From Candidatus Acidiferrales bacterium (GTDB taxonomy: Bacteria; Acidobacteriota; Terriglobia; Acidiferrales; UBA7541), in contig JBEKNB010000002.1 of NCBI GenBank assembly GCA_049523255.1, positions 157,867 through 221,866 on the forward strand: a stretch of DNA of 64,000 nucleotides. Reading direction: 5' to 3'. The number at the start of each line of letters is the position of its first letter. Positions within the stretch are counted from its first letter, which is position 1. Below, one piece after another: positions 30,055 to 40,865 of the stretch. The notes under the pieces were generated by a model. That model had not been told where the DNA came from. It searched no databases and saw only the letters and a program-made list of their open reading frames with translations. Both the position numbers and the translations under genes were made by a program.

Positions 30055-30903
30055 TTAGTACGCGGGCAGTTGCGGCCGGCCGGCGTTGATCCACGCCGTC
30101 ATCCAGTACGATCCCAGGTCGGTCGAGGCGTCCGAGAACTGGCGGATCAGAACCGCGCCGGCCTGGGCGTAAAAGCGGTCGTAATACTCGTCCCCGTAGT
30201 TCGAGAGTCCTTCATGGGCGCGATGGTCCGCTAGGAGCACATTTTCGAGCCACGAATGCGCGCTAAGGGCCATCTCGAACGCATGCTCGGTCGGATCGCG
30301 GATGAAGGCGGCCTCGTTCGGCTTCACGAAGAAAAACAGTTGATAGCGGTCCACGAGCCCGTACCCAAATCTCTGGTTAACGCCCGGTTGGTCCGCAAGC
30401 TTCCCATCGCCGTTCACCGTCGTGTTAAAAGGGTCGTGCGCCGCGGCAACGTAGTGCGCCAGCATCGCCGCCGAAAGCTTTGCTTCGTCCCAGTTGTGAG
30501 AACGCAGCGCCTCGGTGAGCTTCTGGCTGTACAGACCGATCTGCCAGGGAAGCACGCCGTAGGTTTCCAGGGATTTCTTGCCGAATTTCGCGACGGCCGC
30601 ATTGTAAGAGTGCGGAAGCACTGCGAACGGATACTGCCCGTAGTGGTCGAGCTGGACGAAATTGTTGTGCTCTTCGGCGGGGTTCCTCGATTCGGCTTCG
30701 TCGGGGTCTGTGACATGCCGGACGAGGAACTGGCGGTTCGAACCAAAGAAAGTCTGCATTTCGTCCGGAAGCGTATCGATGGCCTTGTTCGTAATCAGCC
30801 GCTCGGCGTTTTCACCCCAGCCGAAGGAAGAAGGGAGCGCGAGAAACAGAATCAGCGCGAGCAACGTCAGCCCGGCGCAGCTTCGACGGATGGCCCAGCG
30901 CAT
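30055..30903 (-). CDS. exported hypothetical protein (possible zinc phospholipase C / S1-P1 nuclease superfamily)
   Basis: 282 aa from ATG 30903, which overlaps the upstream stop as ATGA. A signal peptide is followed by a mature WGENAE... start. The helical, His/Asp-rich composition only weakly suggests the PLC/P1 fold. Confidence 0.45.
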   Translation of the reverse strand: MRWAIRRSCAGLTLLALILFLALPSSFGWGENAERLITNKAIDTLPDEMQTFFGSNRQFLVRHVTDPDEAESRNPAEEHNNFVQLDHYGQYPFAVLPHSYNAAVAKFGKKSLETYGVLPWQIGLYSQKLTEALRSHNWDEAKLSAAMLAHYVAAAHDPFNTTVNGDGKLADQPGVNQRFGYGLVDRYQLFFFVKPNEAAFIRDPTEHAFEMALSAHSWLENVLLADHRAHEGLSNYGDEYYDRFYAQAGAVLIRQFSDASTDLGSYWMTAWINAGRPQLPAY

Positions 30904-32510
30904 CAGAGACGTCCCTCTTTGACGGCAGATGCCTGCAACGTCGCCGTCGCCAGTTCGCTGTGCTTCCGGCCGTAGAACTGGTACACCACCAGCCCGATCA
31001 GCAGCCATACGAAAAAGCGCACCCAATTCTCGACGGTCAAGCTCGCCATCAGAATAAAGCAAAACACGACCGAGGCAATCGGAATCCACGGCATCCAGGG
31101 GACGCGAAATCCGCGCGAACGTTCCGGTTGCCGCCTGCGCAAGATCAGCACCGCAATCGAGACGAGAATGAAGGCAAAGAGCGTGCCGATATTGGAGAGG
31201 TCGGCGAGAGTTCCGATGTCGAAAATTCCGGCGGGAATTGCCACAACGACTCCCGCGACCCACGTAGCCACGTCGGGCGTGCGGAACCTATGGTGCACGC
31301 GCGAAAAGGAGCGAGGGAGGAGGCCGTCGCGCGACATGGCGAACCATACGCGCGCCTGCCCGAGTTGAAACACGAGAATCGACGAAATCATGCCCATCAG
31401 CGCGCCGGCAGTGACCCAGCGATTCACGCCATTCAAGCCGACGGCCTCCAGGGCCTGGGCGACCGGCGCGGCGTTGTCGAGCGTGTTCCAGTGCTGAATA
31501 CCGGTAAGCACGAGCGCCACGGCGATGTAGAAGAACGAACAGACGAAGAGCGATACCAGAATCCCGATGGGCAGGTCGCGCTTGGGAGTCTTGCACTCCT
31601 CGGCGGCAGTCGAGACGGAGTCAAAGCCGATGTACGTGAAGAAGACGATCGCGCCGCCGGTGAGTATGCCCTGAAAGCCATTGGGGGCGAATGGCTTCCA
31701 GTTCGACGGGTGGATGTACCTGCTCGCCGCGATGCAAAAAACCACAATGGCCAGAAGTTTGATGCCAACCATCACGTTGTTCGCGCCCGAAGATTCACGG
31801 ATGCCCACTACGAGCAGCACCGTGAGAATCATCACGATCAAAAAACCCATGATGTTGAAGTGCACCGCCCAGCCGGTCTCCGGCGAATACGCGGGGGTGC
31901 TTAGCACATCCGGAATGTGGAGGCCGAAGGAATCCAGCAGGCTATTGATATAGGCCGAAAATCCCACCGCGACGGCCATGTTGGAGACCGCGTATTCGAG
32001 AATCAGGTCCCAGCCGATGATCCAGGCGATCAACTCGCCGAGCGTCGCGTAGGTGTAGGTATACGCGCTACCCGCGATCGGAATCATCGACGCGAGTTCC
32101 GCATAGCAAAGTCCCGCGAGGCCGCAGACAACGGCGACGAGGAAGAACGAAAGGGCGATTGCGGGACCCGCGCCGGGACGTCCCGCGACACCAAGCGCAT
32201 GCCTTCCGTGCAAAAGCACATCGAGGAGCGGCGCTTTAAGCAGGGAAGGAAACTCGACGGACTCACCGGCGGCGGCCGTGCCCGTTAGAACGAAAATCCC
32301 GCTTCCTATAATCGCGCCCACGCCGAGCGCCGTCAGACTCAGCCAGCCGAGCGATTTCTTGAGCCTCTTTTCAGGCCTGTCGGCATCGGAGATGAGCTGG
32401 TCGATGCTCTTGGTACGGAAAAGCTGTGGGTCCAATCGCCACCTACCCCGTGCGACTGAGAAAAACTCTACCTTGCGCGGCCCTTCCGCGCAACCTGTCC
32501 TTCGGGACAT
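30903..32510 (-). CDS. APC-family amino acid permease
   Basis: 535 aa with about 12 or more TM helices and an N-terminal LTALGVGAIIGSGIFVLTG motif typical of amino-acid/polyamine permeases. Confidence 0.85.
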   Translation of the reverse strand: MSRRTGCAEGPRKVEFFSVARGRWRLDPQLFRTKSIDQLISDADRPEKRLKKSLGWLSLTALGVGAIIGSGIFVLTGTAAAGESVEFPSLLKAPLLDVLLHGRHALGVAGRPGAGPAIALSFFLVAVVCGLAGLCYAELASMIPIAGSAYTYTYATLGELIAWIIGWDLILEYAVSNMAVAVGFSAYINSLLDSFGLHIPDVLSTPAYSPETGWAVHFNIMGFLIVMILTVLLVVGIRESSGANNVMVGIKLLAIVVFCIAASRYIHPSNWKPFAPNGFQGILTGGAIVFFTYIGFDSVSTAAEECKTPKRDLPIGILVSLFVCSFFYIAVALVLTGIQHWNTLDNAAPVAQALEAVGLNGVNRWVTAGALMGMISSILVFQLGQARVWFAMSRDGLLPRSFSRVHHRFRTPDVATWVAGVVVAIPAGIFDIGTLADLSNIGTLFAFILVSIAVLILRRRQPERSRGFRVPWMPWIPIASVVFCFILMASLTVENWVRFFVWLLIGLVVYQFYGRKHSELATATLQASAVKEGRL

Positions 32511-32553
32511 GGCCGCGGCGAATTCGGGAGCAATCCTGGGTTTTTCCGCCGAA

Positions 32554-34842
32554 CTAGGCGAGTTGCAGATTCGCGTACCGCTCGATCAGTTTTTTCGGGC
32601 CGTAATCCTGGAAGCTGACGGTGAGCTTGCGCTCCTCACCCTCTCCTTCCACTTCGATCACCGTGCCGAGGCCGTATTTCGAATGGCGGACCCGGGCGCC
32701 TACCAAGGGGTCCTTTGACGTACGAGCCGTCGGCGCGGGACGGCCGGAATTCGGGCGCCCGTAAGAGGAGCGCCCGGCCGCCCCTCGGCCGTAGGCGGTC
32801 TGCCCGTACGACGGACGCGGCCGGCGAGCGGCATAGCCTTCCGAATACTCCGGATCGGGTTCGTAGCGGCGCGTCTCGCCCGGTTCGGACTCCGATCCCG
32901 CGGCCGCTTCGATCAGGTCGCCGGGGATTTCCGCCAGGAATCGTGAGGGCAGAGAAGCCCGCAATCGCTCCTCGCCGTAGCTCCGGCGATAGATCGCGCG
33001 CGAGAGGACGAGCGACCGCTTTGCGCGCGTCATGCCGACGTAGAACAGCCGGCGCTCCTCCTCGATTTCGGCATTGGTATCAATCGACCGGCTGTGCGGC
33101 AGGATGCCTTCTTCGAGTCCTGCCAGGAACACCGCGTCGAATTCGAGCCCCTTCGCGCTGTGCAGCGTCATCAACGAGACGGGAATCGTCTCATCGTACT
33201 CGTCCGAATCGGCCACGAGCGCCGCGTGGTCCAGCAGATCCTCGAGCGTTTGGCCCTGTTCCGTTGCTTCCGCCATCGCATTCGATAGCTCCCGCAGGTT
33301 CTCCGCGCGCGACGTGTGTTCGAGGTTGTCCTGCTGCTCGACCCAGTCGAGATAGCCGGTGCGATCGAGCACGCGTTCGATCATCTGTGCGGGCGGGAGC
33401 TCGATGCACTCTTCCCGCAGCCCTTCGATCAGTTCGCGGAACGAATTCAGCGCTCCGGCGAGTCTCTTGCCGGTTGCGAGTTCTCCGCCGCGAATGACTT
33501 CCCAGAGCGAACTGCCGGTTTCTTTGGCGCGCGCTTCGAGCGCGCCAACCGTCGCGGCACCGATCCCGCGCGGCGGGACGTTCAGGACGCGCAGCAGCGC
33601 TACGTCGTCCTCGGGATGAAAGAGCAATCGCACGTACGCCAGCGCGTTCCGCACCTCGGCGCGCTCGTAAAAGCTGAAGCCTCCCACGACGCGATGGCGG
33701 ATCGCCAGCCGACGCAGAACCTCCTCGAACGATCGCGACTGCGCCCCGGTCCGATAGAGGACGGCGACGCGCGCATGGGGATCGTTCCGCACGATCGCAG
33801 AAATTTCGCCGCAGACAAAGTCCGCCTCGGTCATCGAGTCCTGCGCCTCGAAGAAGCGCAGCCGGTCGCCCGAGCCGAGCGTCCCCTGAAGATTCTTGCC
33901 CAGCCGGTCGGAGTTGTTTTTTACGACGGCCGCCGCCGCGTCGAGAATCGTTTGCGTCGAGCGATAGTTCTCCTCGAGCCGGATGATTTTGGCGTCCGGG
34001 AAATCTTCCGTAAAGCGCTTCAGGTTTCCGGCGCGCGCGCCCCGCCAGCCGTAGATCGATTGATCTTCGTCGCCGACGACGCATACGTTCCTGTGTGTGC
34101 CGGCCAGAAGGCGCACCAGCTCCTCCTGCGCCTGATTTGTGTCCTGGAACTCGTCGACCATCAGGTATTGGAATCGGGCGCTCCAGGCGGCGCGCACCTC
34201 GGGATGTTCGCGCAGCAACTCGACGGCTCGCAGGAGGAGGTCGTCGAAATCGACGGCGGCGGCCTTGCGAAGGATCTCGTTGTACGCGCGGAACACTCTT
34301 GCCACGTCCCGGCGGTCGCGGTCCTGCATTCGCTGCGCTTCGGATTCCATTTCGTCCGGTGTGATGCCGTGATTCTTGGCGTGACTGATCTGTGCCCGCA
34401 GGCTGCGCGGCGGGAAGTCCTCGGCGGAAAGATCGAGCTGCAATAGCGCGCGCTTCACGGCCGAAACCTGGTCGTCGTCGTCGTAGATGGCGAAATCGCG
34501 CGGAAGTCCGGCGTGGCGCGCCTCGCGGCGCAGCAACCGGGCGCAAAAGGAGTGAAACGTCGAAACCCAGACGTCGGACGCGTCGCGGCCACTCGCGCGC
34601 AGCAAATCGCGGATGCGATCTTTCATCACGCCCGCCGCCTTGTTCGTGAACGTCACCGCCAGAATCGCGCCGGGCGGAACACCCTTCTCGATCAAGTGCG
34701 CCACACGATAGGTGATAGCGCGCGTCTTGCCCGTTCCGGCGCCTGCGAGCACCAGCACCGGCCCCTCCGTTGTGACCACCGCTTCGCGCTGGCGTGGGTT
34801 GAGTTCGTCGAGAAGTGTCATTGCGTGGGGAGAATTGCTCAA
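32554..34842 (-). CDS. uvrD: UvrD/PcrA-type ATP-dependent DNA helicase
   Basis: 762 aa with LNPRQREAV, Walker A AGAGTGKT, DEFQDTN, and TLHSAKGLEFD...VGMTRA motifs. It has a C-terminal extension with a Tudor-like tail. Confidence 0.93.
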   Translation of the reverse strand: MSNSPHAMTLLDELNPRQREAVVTTEGPVLVLAGAGTGKTRAITYRVAHLIEKGVPPGAILAVTFTNKAAGVMKDRIRDLLRASGRDASDVWVSTFHSFCARLLRREARHAGLPRDFAIYDDDDQVSAVKRALLQLDLSAEDFPPRSLRAQISHAKNHGITPDEMESEAQRMQDRDRRDVARVFRAYNEILRKAAAVDFDDLLLRAVELLREHPEVRAAWSARFQYLMVDEFQDTNQAQEELVRLLAGTHRNVCVVGDEDQSIYGWRGARAGNLKRFTEDFPDAKIIRLEENYRSTQTILDAAAAVVKNNSDRLGKNLQGTLGSGDRLRFFEAQDSMTEADFVCGEISAIVRNDPHARVAVLYRTGAQSRSFEEVLRRLAIRHRVVGGFSFYERAEVRNALAYVRLLFHPEDDVALLRVLNVPPRGIGAATVGALEARAKETGSSLWEVIRGGELATGKRLAGALNSFRELIEGLREECIELPPAQMIERVLDRTGYLDWVEQQDNLEHTSRAENLRELSNAMAEATEQGQTLEDLLDHAALVADSDEYDETIPVSLMTLHSAKGLEFDAVFLAGLEEGILPHSRSIDTNAEIEEERRLFYVGMTRAKRSLVLSRAIYRRSYGEERLRASLPSRFLAEIPGDLIEAAAGSESEPGETRRYEPDPEYSEGYAARRPRPSYGQTAYGRGAAGRSSYGRPNSGRPAPTARTSKDPLVGARVRHSKYGLGTVIEVEGEGEERKLTVSFQDYGPKKLIERYANLQLA

Positions 34843-34936
34843 GCTCGAATTGTATCCGAGCCATCGCCATTGAGCAATTTGCGTTCCGCGTCTTCACGGA
34901 CGCGACAAAAAACTCTGTTACAATCGCACCCTTTTA

Positions 34937-35554
34937 TTGGAGTCATCTCGCGACATGAAGCAACCCAAATTGCCGCACTGGCTGGGGAAGATCGTCGGCG
35001 CCCTGGGCGGCGGAGGGGGGATATTTCTCGTCGCCTTCTTCGACTCCTCGGTGCTCAGCTTTCCCTTTGTTCCGGACGCGCTCGTCATCAGCCTTTCGGC
35101 CCAGAAGCCCGCGCGGATGCCGTACTACGTCGCGATGGCCGCGCTGGGTTCGCTCGCCGGCTGCATCTGGCTCTACCTTCTTGCGAAGAAGGGCGGTGAG
35201 GCCTACTTTCATCGCCACGGGGGCAAGGTGGCCGTGCACGCAAAGCAGTGGGTCGAGCGCAACGCTTTCCTGAGCGTTTTCGTTCCCGGAATGCTTCCGC
35301 CGCCGTTTCCGTTCAAGGTTTTCATTCTCGCCGCAGGAGTTTTCCAGGTTCCGCTCAGGACCTTTGTCCTGGCACTGCTGATCGCCCGCAGTTTGCACTA
35401 TTCCATCGAAGGAATTCTGGCGGTGCGCTACGGGTATGCCGTGCTGCTCTTTATGACCGCGCACAAAATCGGCTTCGCCCTCGCGGTTCTTGCCACGCTG
35501 CTGCTCTTCTACATCGCCGGACGCCTGCTGTTTCAGGGCTCGTCTGCTGACTGA
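34937..35554 (+). CDS. YqaA/DedA-like (SNARE-associated) membrane protein
   Basis: 205 aa with 4-5 TM helices and motifs FFDSSVLSFPFVPDAL and LLAKKGGE. Confidence 0.7.
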   Translation: MESSRDMKQPKLPHWLGKIVGALGGGGGIFLVAFFDSSVLSFPFVPDALVISLSAQKPARMPYYVAMAALGSLAGCIWLYLLAKKGGEAYFHRHGGKVAVHAKQWVERNAFLSVFVPGMLPPPFPFKVFILAAGVFQVPLRTFVLALLIARSLHYSIEGILAVRYGYAVLLFMTAHKIGFALAVLATLLLFYIAGRLLFQGSSAD

Positions 35555-35597
35555 AGACTCCTGGGGCGCGAGAAATCGCGCTGCGGCACCCTGGAAA

Positions 35598-35840
35598 GTG
35601 TGTCGATTAGGAAAATTTTCGCGCCTTGTTTTCAATGGGATAGACGCGTTTCTAATCGCCGGAGTGTCGATTAGAAATGAGGTGCGCTGGAGCCGGAGAG
35701 CGTCAAATGGCCCTCGGTTCCAGTGACGGGTAGCCGGTGCACCGATTCTTTGTTTTGAATGGGTTGCGGCGAATTCTACTCGACAGCCAGTGACGGGTAG
35801 ATCGGGAAGGTGACGGGTGGCAGACGCCGGGTGACTAGAG
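35598..35840 (+). repeat. degenerate tandem modular repeat, family B (about 4-5 units, period about 66 nt)
   Basis: Units start at about 35598, 35664, 35722, 35789 and 35810. Block 1 is GTGTCGATTAG or its variant GTGACGGGTAG. Block 2 is C[CT]TTGTTTT[CG]AATGGG (35625-35640 and 35748-35763). It includes the 10-nt inverted pair TTTCTAATCG (35649-35658) / CGATTAGAAA (35668-35677). It lies between convergent gene ends. Confidence 0.75.
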
Positions 35841-36096
35841 CCGACAAACGCGGCGACACGGAAGCGGGGAGGCAGGAAAGAGTCCGCCGCCGCGCCGGCT
35901 TGCCGGCGGCGTCCGTCACGCGGTATGTGTCTCGTGTCGTCCATCGTTCTCGCCCGGGAACTGCACCGGGCCCGTTCCCAGCTAAGCACGATGTCCGGCC
36001 GAATGGAACTGTACCGCAGTACAGAATTGGGGCAATGCGAAAAGGGGCGGGGATTATTAGAAGCAACGCGAGAACAAAGGCGTTGCGGAACGGGAG

Positions 36097-37119
36097 CTAG
36101 GGGTTGGGGGACGAGGCGAAGCGGAAATCCTCCCGCCGAATTTGGAGACCGCTATCGAGATCGACGCGGATGAAGATATTCGCCGGTTCGTCGTCGTCGG
36201 GCGCGAACCGGAGATCGTGTACTTCCACACGATAGTCCGCTTCCACGCGCTGGACGCTCGCGAAGGGAAACCGGGCGTAGATAAGGAATTTCCTCGCGTC
36301 TGCGGTTGCCTGTCCCGCTTCGAGAGCGGGCGAATCCTGCGGCTTGTAATGCGTCAGGCTGCGATTCGGATCGAACTCCGCGCCCGGTCCGAGCGGAACT
36401 TCCACTTCCTCGAGGGTATCGTCGGTTACGACAACGCCGCGCCAGTCAAACGGCGCGGACGACGCAGGGAACGCTCCCGCCGACAATGGAATGCGTCCAT
36501 GGTATTCCCGCGCGAGCAGGAGATCGATCGCCCGGCTGTGCAGGTTCGCGCGTGCGCCGAAGTAGGCGGCGATCAGGAGCAGCGTGACGACAGCCGCGCG
36601 GCTGCCGCCGCGGCCTTTCCGGCGGTCGCCGACCTCTTCGTTCACCAGGCGGAACAGCAGCGGCACTAGAAGCCCCGCTACCAGCAGGATCAGGATCCAG
36701 GGATCGAGGTTTGTGGCGAGGTCCCACGCCGACCAGTGCGCGCGAAATGGCCACAGCAGTTGCACGCCGACGCCGCTGGCAAGGTCCAGCAGAAGGTGTC
36801 CGGCCGCGCCAGCCGCGCATGCCGCGAGCGCGGCCGTGAACCGCAACGGAGCTTGTCCGGCTTTCCTAGGCGGCAATTTCCGGTCGAGCACGCAGAACGC
36901 GGCCGCAATGATGCAGCTTGCCACCGCCGCTCCGGCGAGCGAATGCAGCACGGTCCGATGAAATCGCAGGAACGCTCCCGGCCCGCCGAGGTAGCTCACG
37001 TAATCGAGGTCTGGCGCCAGACCGGCGACGATCATCATGGATGTGCCGAAGCGGGGAAGCCGCCGCTCGCCCGCCCGCGCGAGCGCCAGCGACGTGAATG
37101 CGTGTGTGAATGGTTCCAA
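36097..37119 (-). CDS. membrane-bound metal-dependent hydrolase (YdjM/DUF457-like)
   Basis: 340 aa. The N-terminus MEPFTHAFTSLALA...APDLDY...HRTVLHS is typical of the LexA-regulon YdjM-type family. It has several TM helices and a soluble C-terminal domain. Confidence 0.7.
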   Translation of the reverse strand: MEPFTHAFTSLALARAGERRLPRFGTSMMIVAGLAPDLDYVSYLGGPGAFLRFHRTVLHSLAGAAVASCIIAAAFCVLDRKLPPRKAGQAPLRFTAALAACAAGAAGHLLLDLASGVGVQLLWPFRAHWSAWDLATNLDPWILILLVAGLLVPLLFRLVNEEVGDRRKGRGGSRAAVVTLLLIAAYFGARANLHSRAIDLLLAREYHGRIPLSAGAFPASSAPFDWRGVVVTDDTLEEVEVPLGPGAEFDPNRSLTHYKPQDSPALEAGQATADARKFLIYARFPFASVQRVEADYRVEVHDLRFAPDDDEPANIFIRVDLDSGLQIRREDFRFASSPNP

Positions 37120-37147
37120 AGAGTCGTCTCGCCGGATAAAATGGAGC

Positions 37148-38089
37148 CTAGCGCTTCGCCGGGGTCACAATCGATAGGGCATCCGGCACGATCCGGAACG
37201 CGAGCGGCAGTTGCCCGACGGGCTCGCCATCGACCTGCGCGAAGACCGGTTCACTCCCCGCAGCCTCGCAAATCGTCTCTACCGCTTTCCATGCTTCGAC
37301 GCCTTCCATCTTGCGCAGCGTGCCGAGCCACAAAGCCGGCAGGCAAGCGAGGTAGGCAAGCCGGCTGCGCCTCGAGTTCGTGAGGAACTCGAACGAGTCC
37401 TCGAAAAGGTTCGCTTCGGTCGTAATCTTGAACGGTCCGCCGTAATTCACCGTTCTTCCGGCGACCAGAATTGTGGCCTTTCGTTCTCTCCCGCCCGACC
37501 GGACGCAAATCTCCGGAAACCCGTATCCGAAAAGCTGCCGAAAGCCCTCGACCCAATAGGCGAAGACCCCTGTGCTTTTCTTGAGCCCTCCGTGCACGCC
37601 GTTTACGATCGCTCCGTCGGGCCCCGCGCCGCCGACGGAAAGAAAATACCGGCCTTCGCGCGGCATGACCGCGGAATGGTTTCCGTTCAGCGGCAGCACG
37701 TGGCCAAGGGCGATCCTCCGAATCGTTCCGCCGGGAATCAGGCGCGCGGCTCGCGGGATGTCCCACGGGATGCCCAGCTCCTTCGCGAGTATGTTCGCGG
37801 TGCCCGCCGGCAGCAGCGCCATCGGCACCGAGCTTCCCGCCAAACCGTTGATGATCTCGTTGATCGTGCCGTCGCCACCGCAGGCGATCACCATTCCTCG
37901 CCGCTGCTCCACGGCCTGCGCGGCGATTTTCGTCGCGGTTCCGGGCCCGGTTGTGGGCGCAAGCTCCGTGGTAAGGCCCGCGTCCTTCAGAATGCGCGCC
38001 GCCCGCTCGATTTCCACGAAACGGCGATGGCGCTTCCGCCCGCTGGTCGGGTTATAGATCAGAATCGCGTCTTTGATTCCATCGGGCAT
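37148..38089 (-). CDS. diacylglycerol/lipid kinase family protein (YegS/BmrU type)
   Basis: 313 aa with IYNPTSG...ACGGDGTINEIINGL signature. Confidence 0.85.
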   Translation of the reverse strand: MPDGIKDAILIYNPTSGRKRHRRFVEIERAARILKDAGLTTELAPTTGPGTATKIAAQAVEQRRGMVIACGGDGTINEIINGLAGSSVPMALLPAGTANILAKELGIPWDIPRAARLIPGGTIRRIALGHVLPLNGNHSAVMPREGRYFLSVGGAGPDGAIVNGVHGGLKKSTGVFAYWVEGFRQLFGYGFPEICVRSGGRERKATILVAGRTVNYGGPFKITTEANLFEDSFEFLTNSRRSRLAYLACLPALWLGTLRKMEGVEAWKAVETICEAAGSEPVFAQVDGEPVGQLPLAFRIVPDALSIVTPAKR

Positions 38090-38101
38090 CGTTCATCCTG
38101 A

Positions 38102-40237
<2,136 letters not shown>

Positions 40238-40259
40238 AGTAGCGCGTCGCTGAATAGCG

Positions 40260-40265
40260 TATAAT
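40260..40265 (+). promoter_or_regulatory. -10 box candidate for rnpB
   Basis: A perfect TATAAT lies 7 nt before the first nucleotide of the P1 helix. I found no convincing -35 box. Confidence 0.3.
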
Positions 40266-40272
40266 GATTATT

Positions 40273-40833
40273 GGCGGGTGAGTCGGGTGATCGCCGGCCT
40301 GTTTCGCGAAGGCGGAGCGGGCGGGAGGAAAGTCCGGACTCCAGTCGTGGTGAACTCGCAAGAGTCGGCCACGGCAGGGCAACGCGCCTGGTAACGCCAG
40401 GGGGTTGCGCAGTGAGGTGCGCGAAAGCGTGTCTTGCGGCGCGGCCACGGAAAGTGCCACAGAAAATATACCGCCGGTGATGCTTGCACCTCGGCGGCAG
40501 GCCTTTGGCAAAACCGGAGGCTCGCCTCTTTCGGTCGAGCGCATTTGGCAAGGGTGAAAAGGTGGGGTAAGAGCCCACCGCCCGGGTGGCGACATCCGGG
40601 GCACGGAAAACCCCGCGTGGAGCAAGGTCAAATAGGAGGGGAGGGCTGGCCCAGCCCGCATGCGTTTCGCTCGCAAGAGCGGTGCGCTCTGACCCTCGGG
40701 TAGGCTGCTTGAGTCCCGGAGCGATCCGGGACCTAGAGGAATGATCGCCACGCTGCGCGTCCTCAAGCATCTTGATGCAAATCAGGATGCCGGTCGCGCA
40801 GCGGACAGAATCCGGCTTACAGACTCACCCGCC
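40273..40833 (+). ncRNA. rnpB: RNase P RNA, bacterial type A (unusually long, about 561 nt)
   Basis: The 12-bp P1 helix pairs GGCGGGTGAGTC (40273-40284) with GACTCACCCGCC (40822-40833). Universal blocks are present: GAGGAAAGTCCGG (40325-40337), GGGTGAAAAGGTGGGGTAAGAGCCCACC (40551-40578), AGGCTGCTTGAG and ACAGAATCCGGCTTA (40805-40819). The ends are accurate to about 5 nt. Confidence 0.93.
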
Positions 40834-40865
40834 TATTTATTTTCGTTAGGCAATTTTTCTAGTTC

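Noticed and set aside
33191-34897. 568-aa minus-strand ORF in an alternative frame of the helicase gene
   Set aside because: It is extremely Arg/Gly/Ala/Pro-rich with no motifs. It lies fully inside a gene with unmistakable UvrD/PcrA motifs, so it is a typical high-GC shadow ORF.
35598-35840. Possibility that the 35.6 kb tandem array is a CRISPR array
   Set aside because: The conserved blocks are only 11-16 nt and are degenerate. Two different blocks alternate within each unit, the array has at most five units, and no cas genes are present. The architecture is not repeat-spacer.
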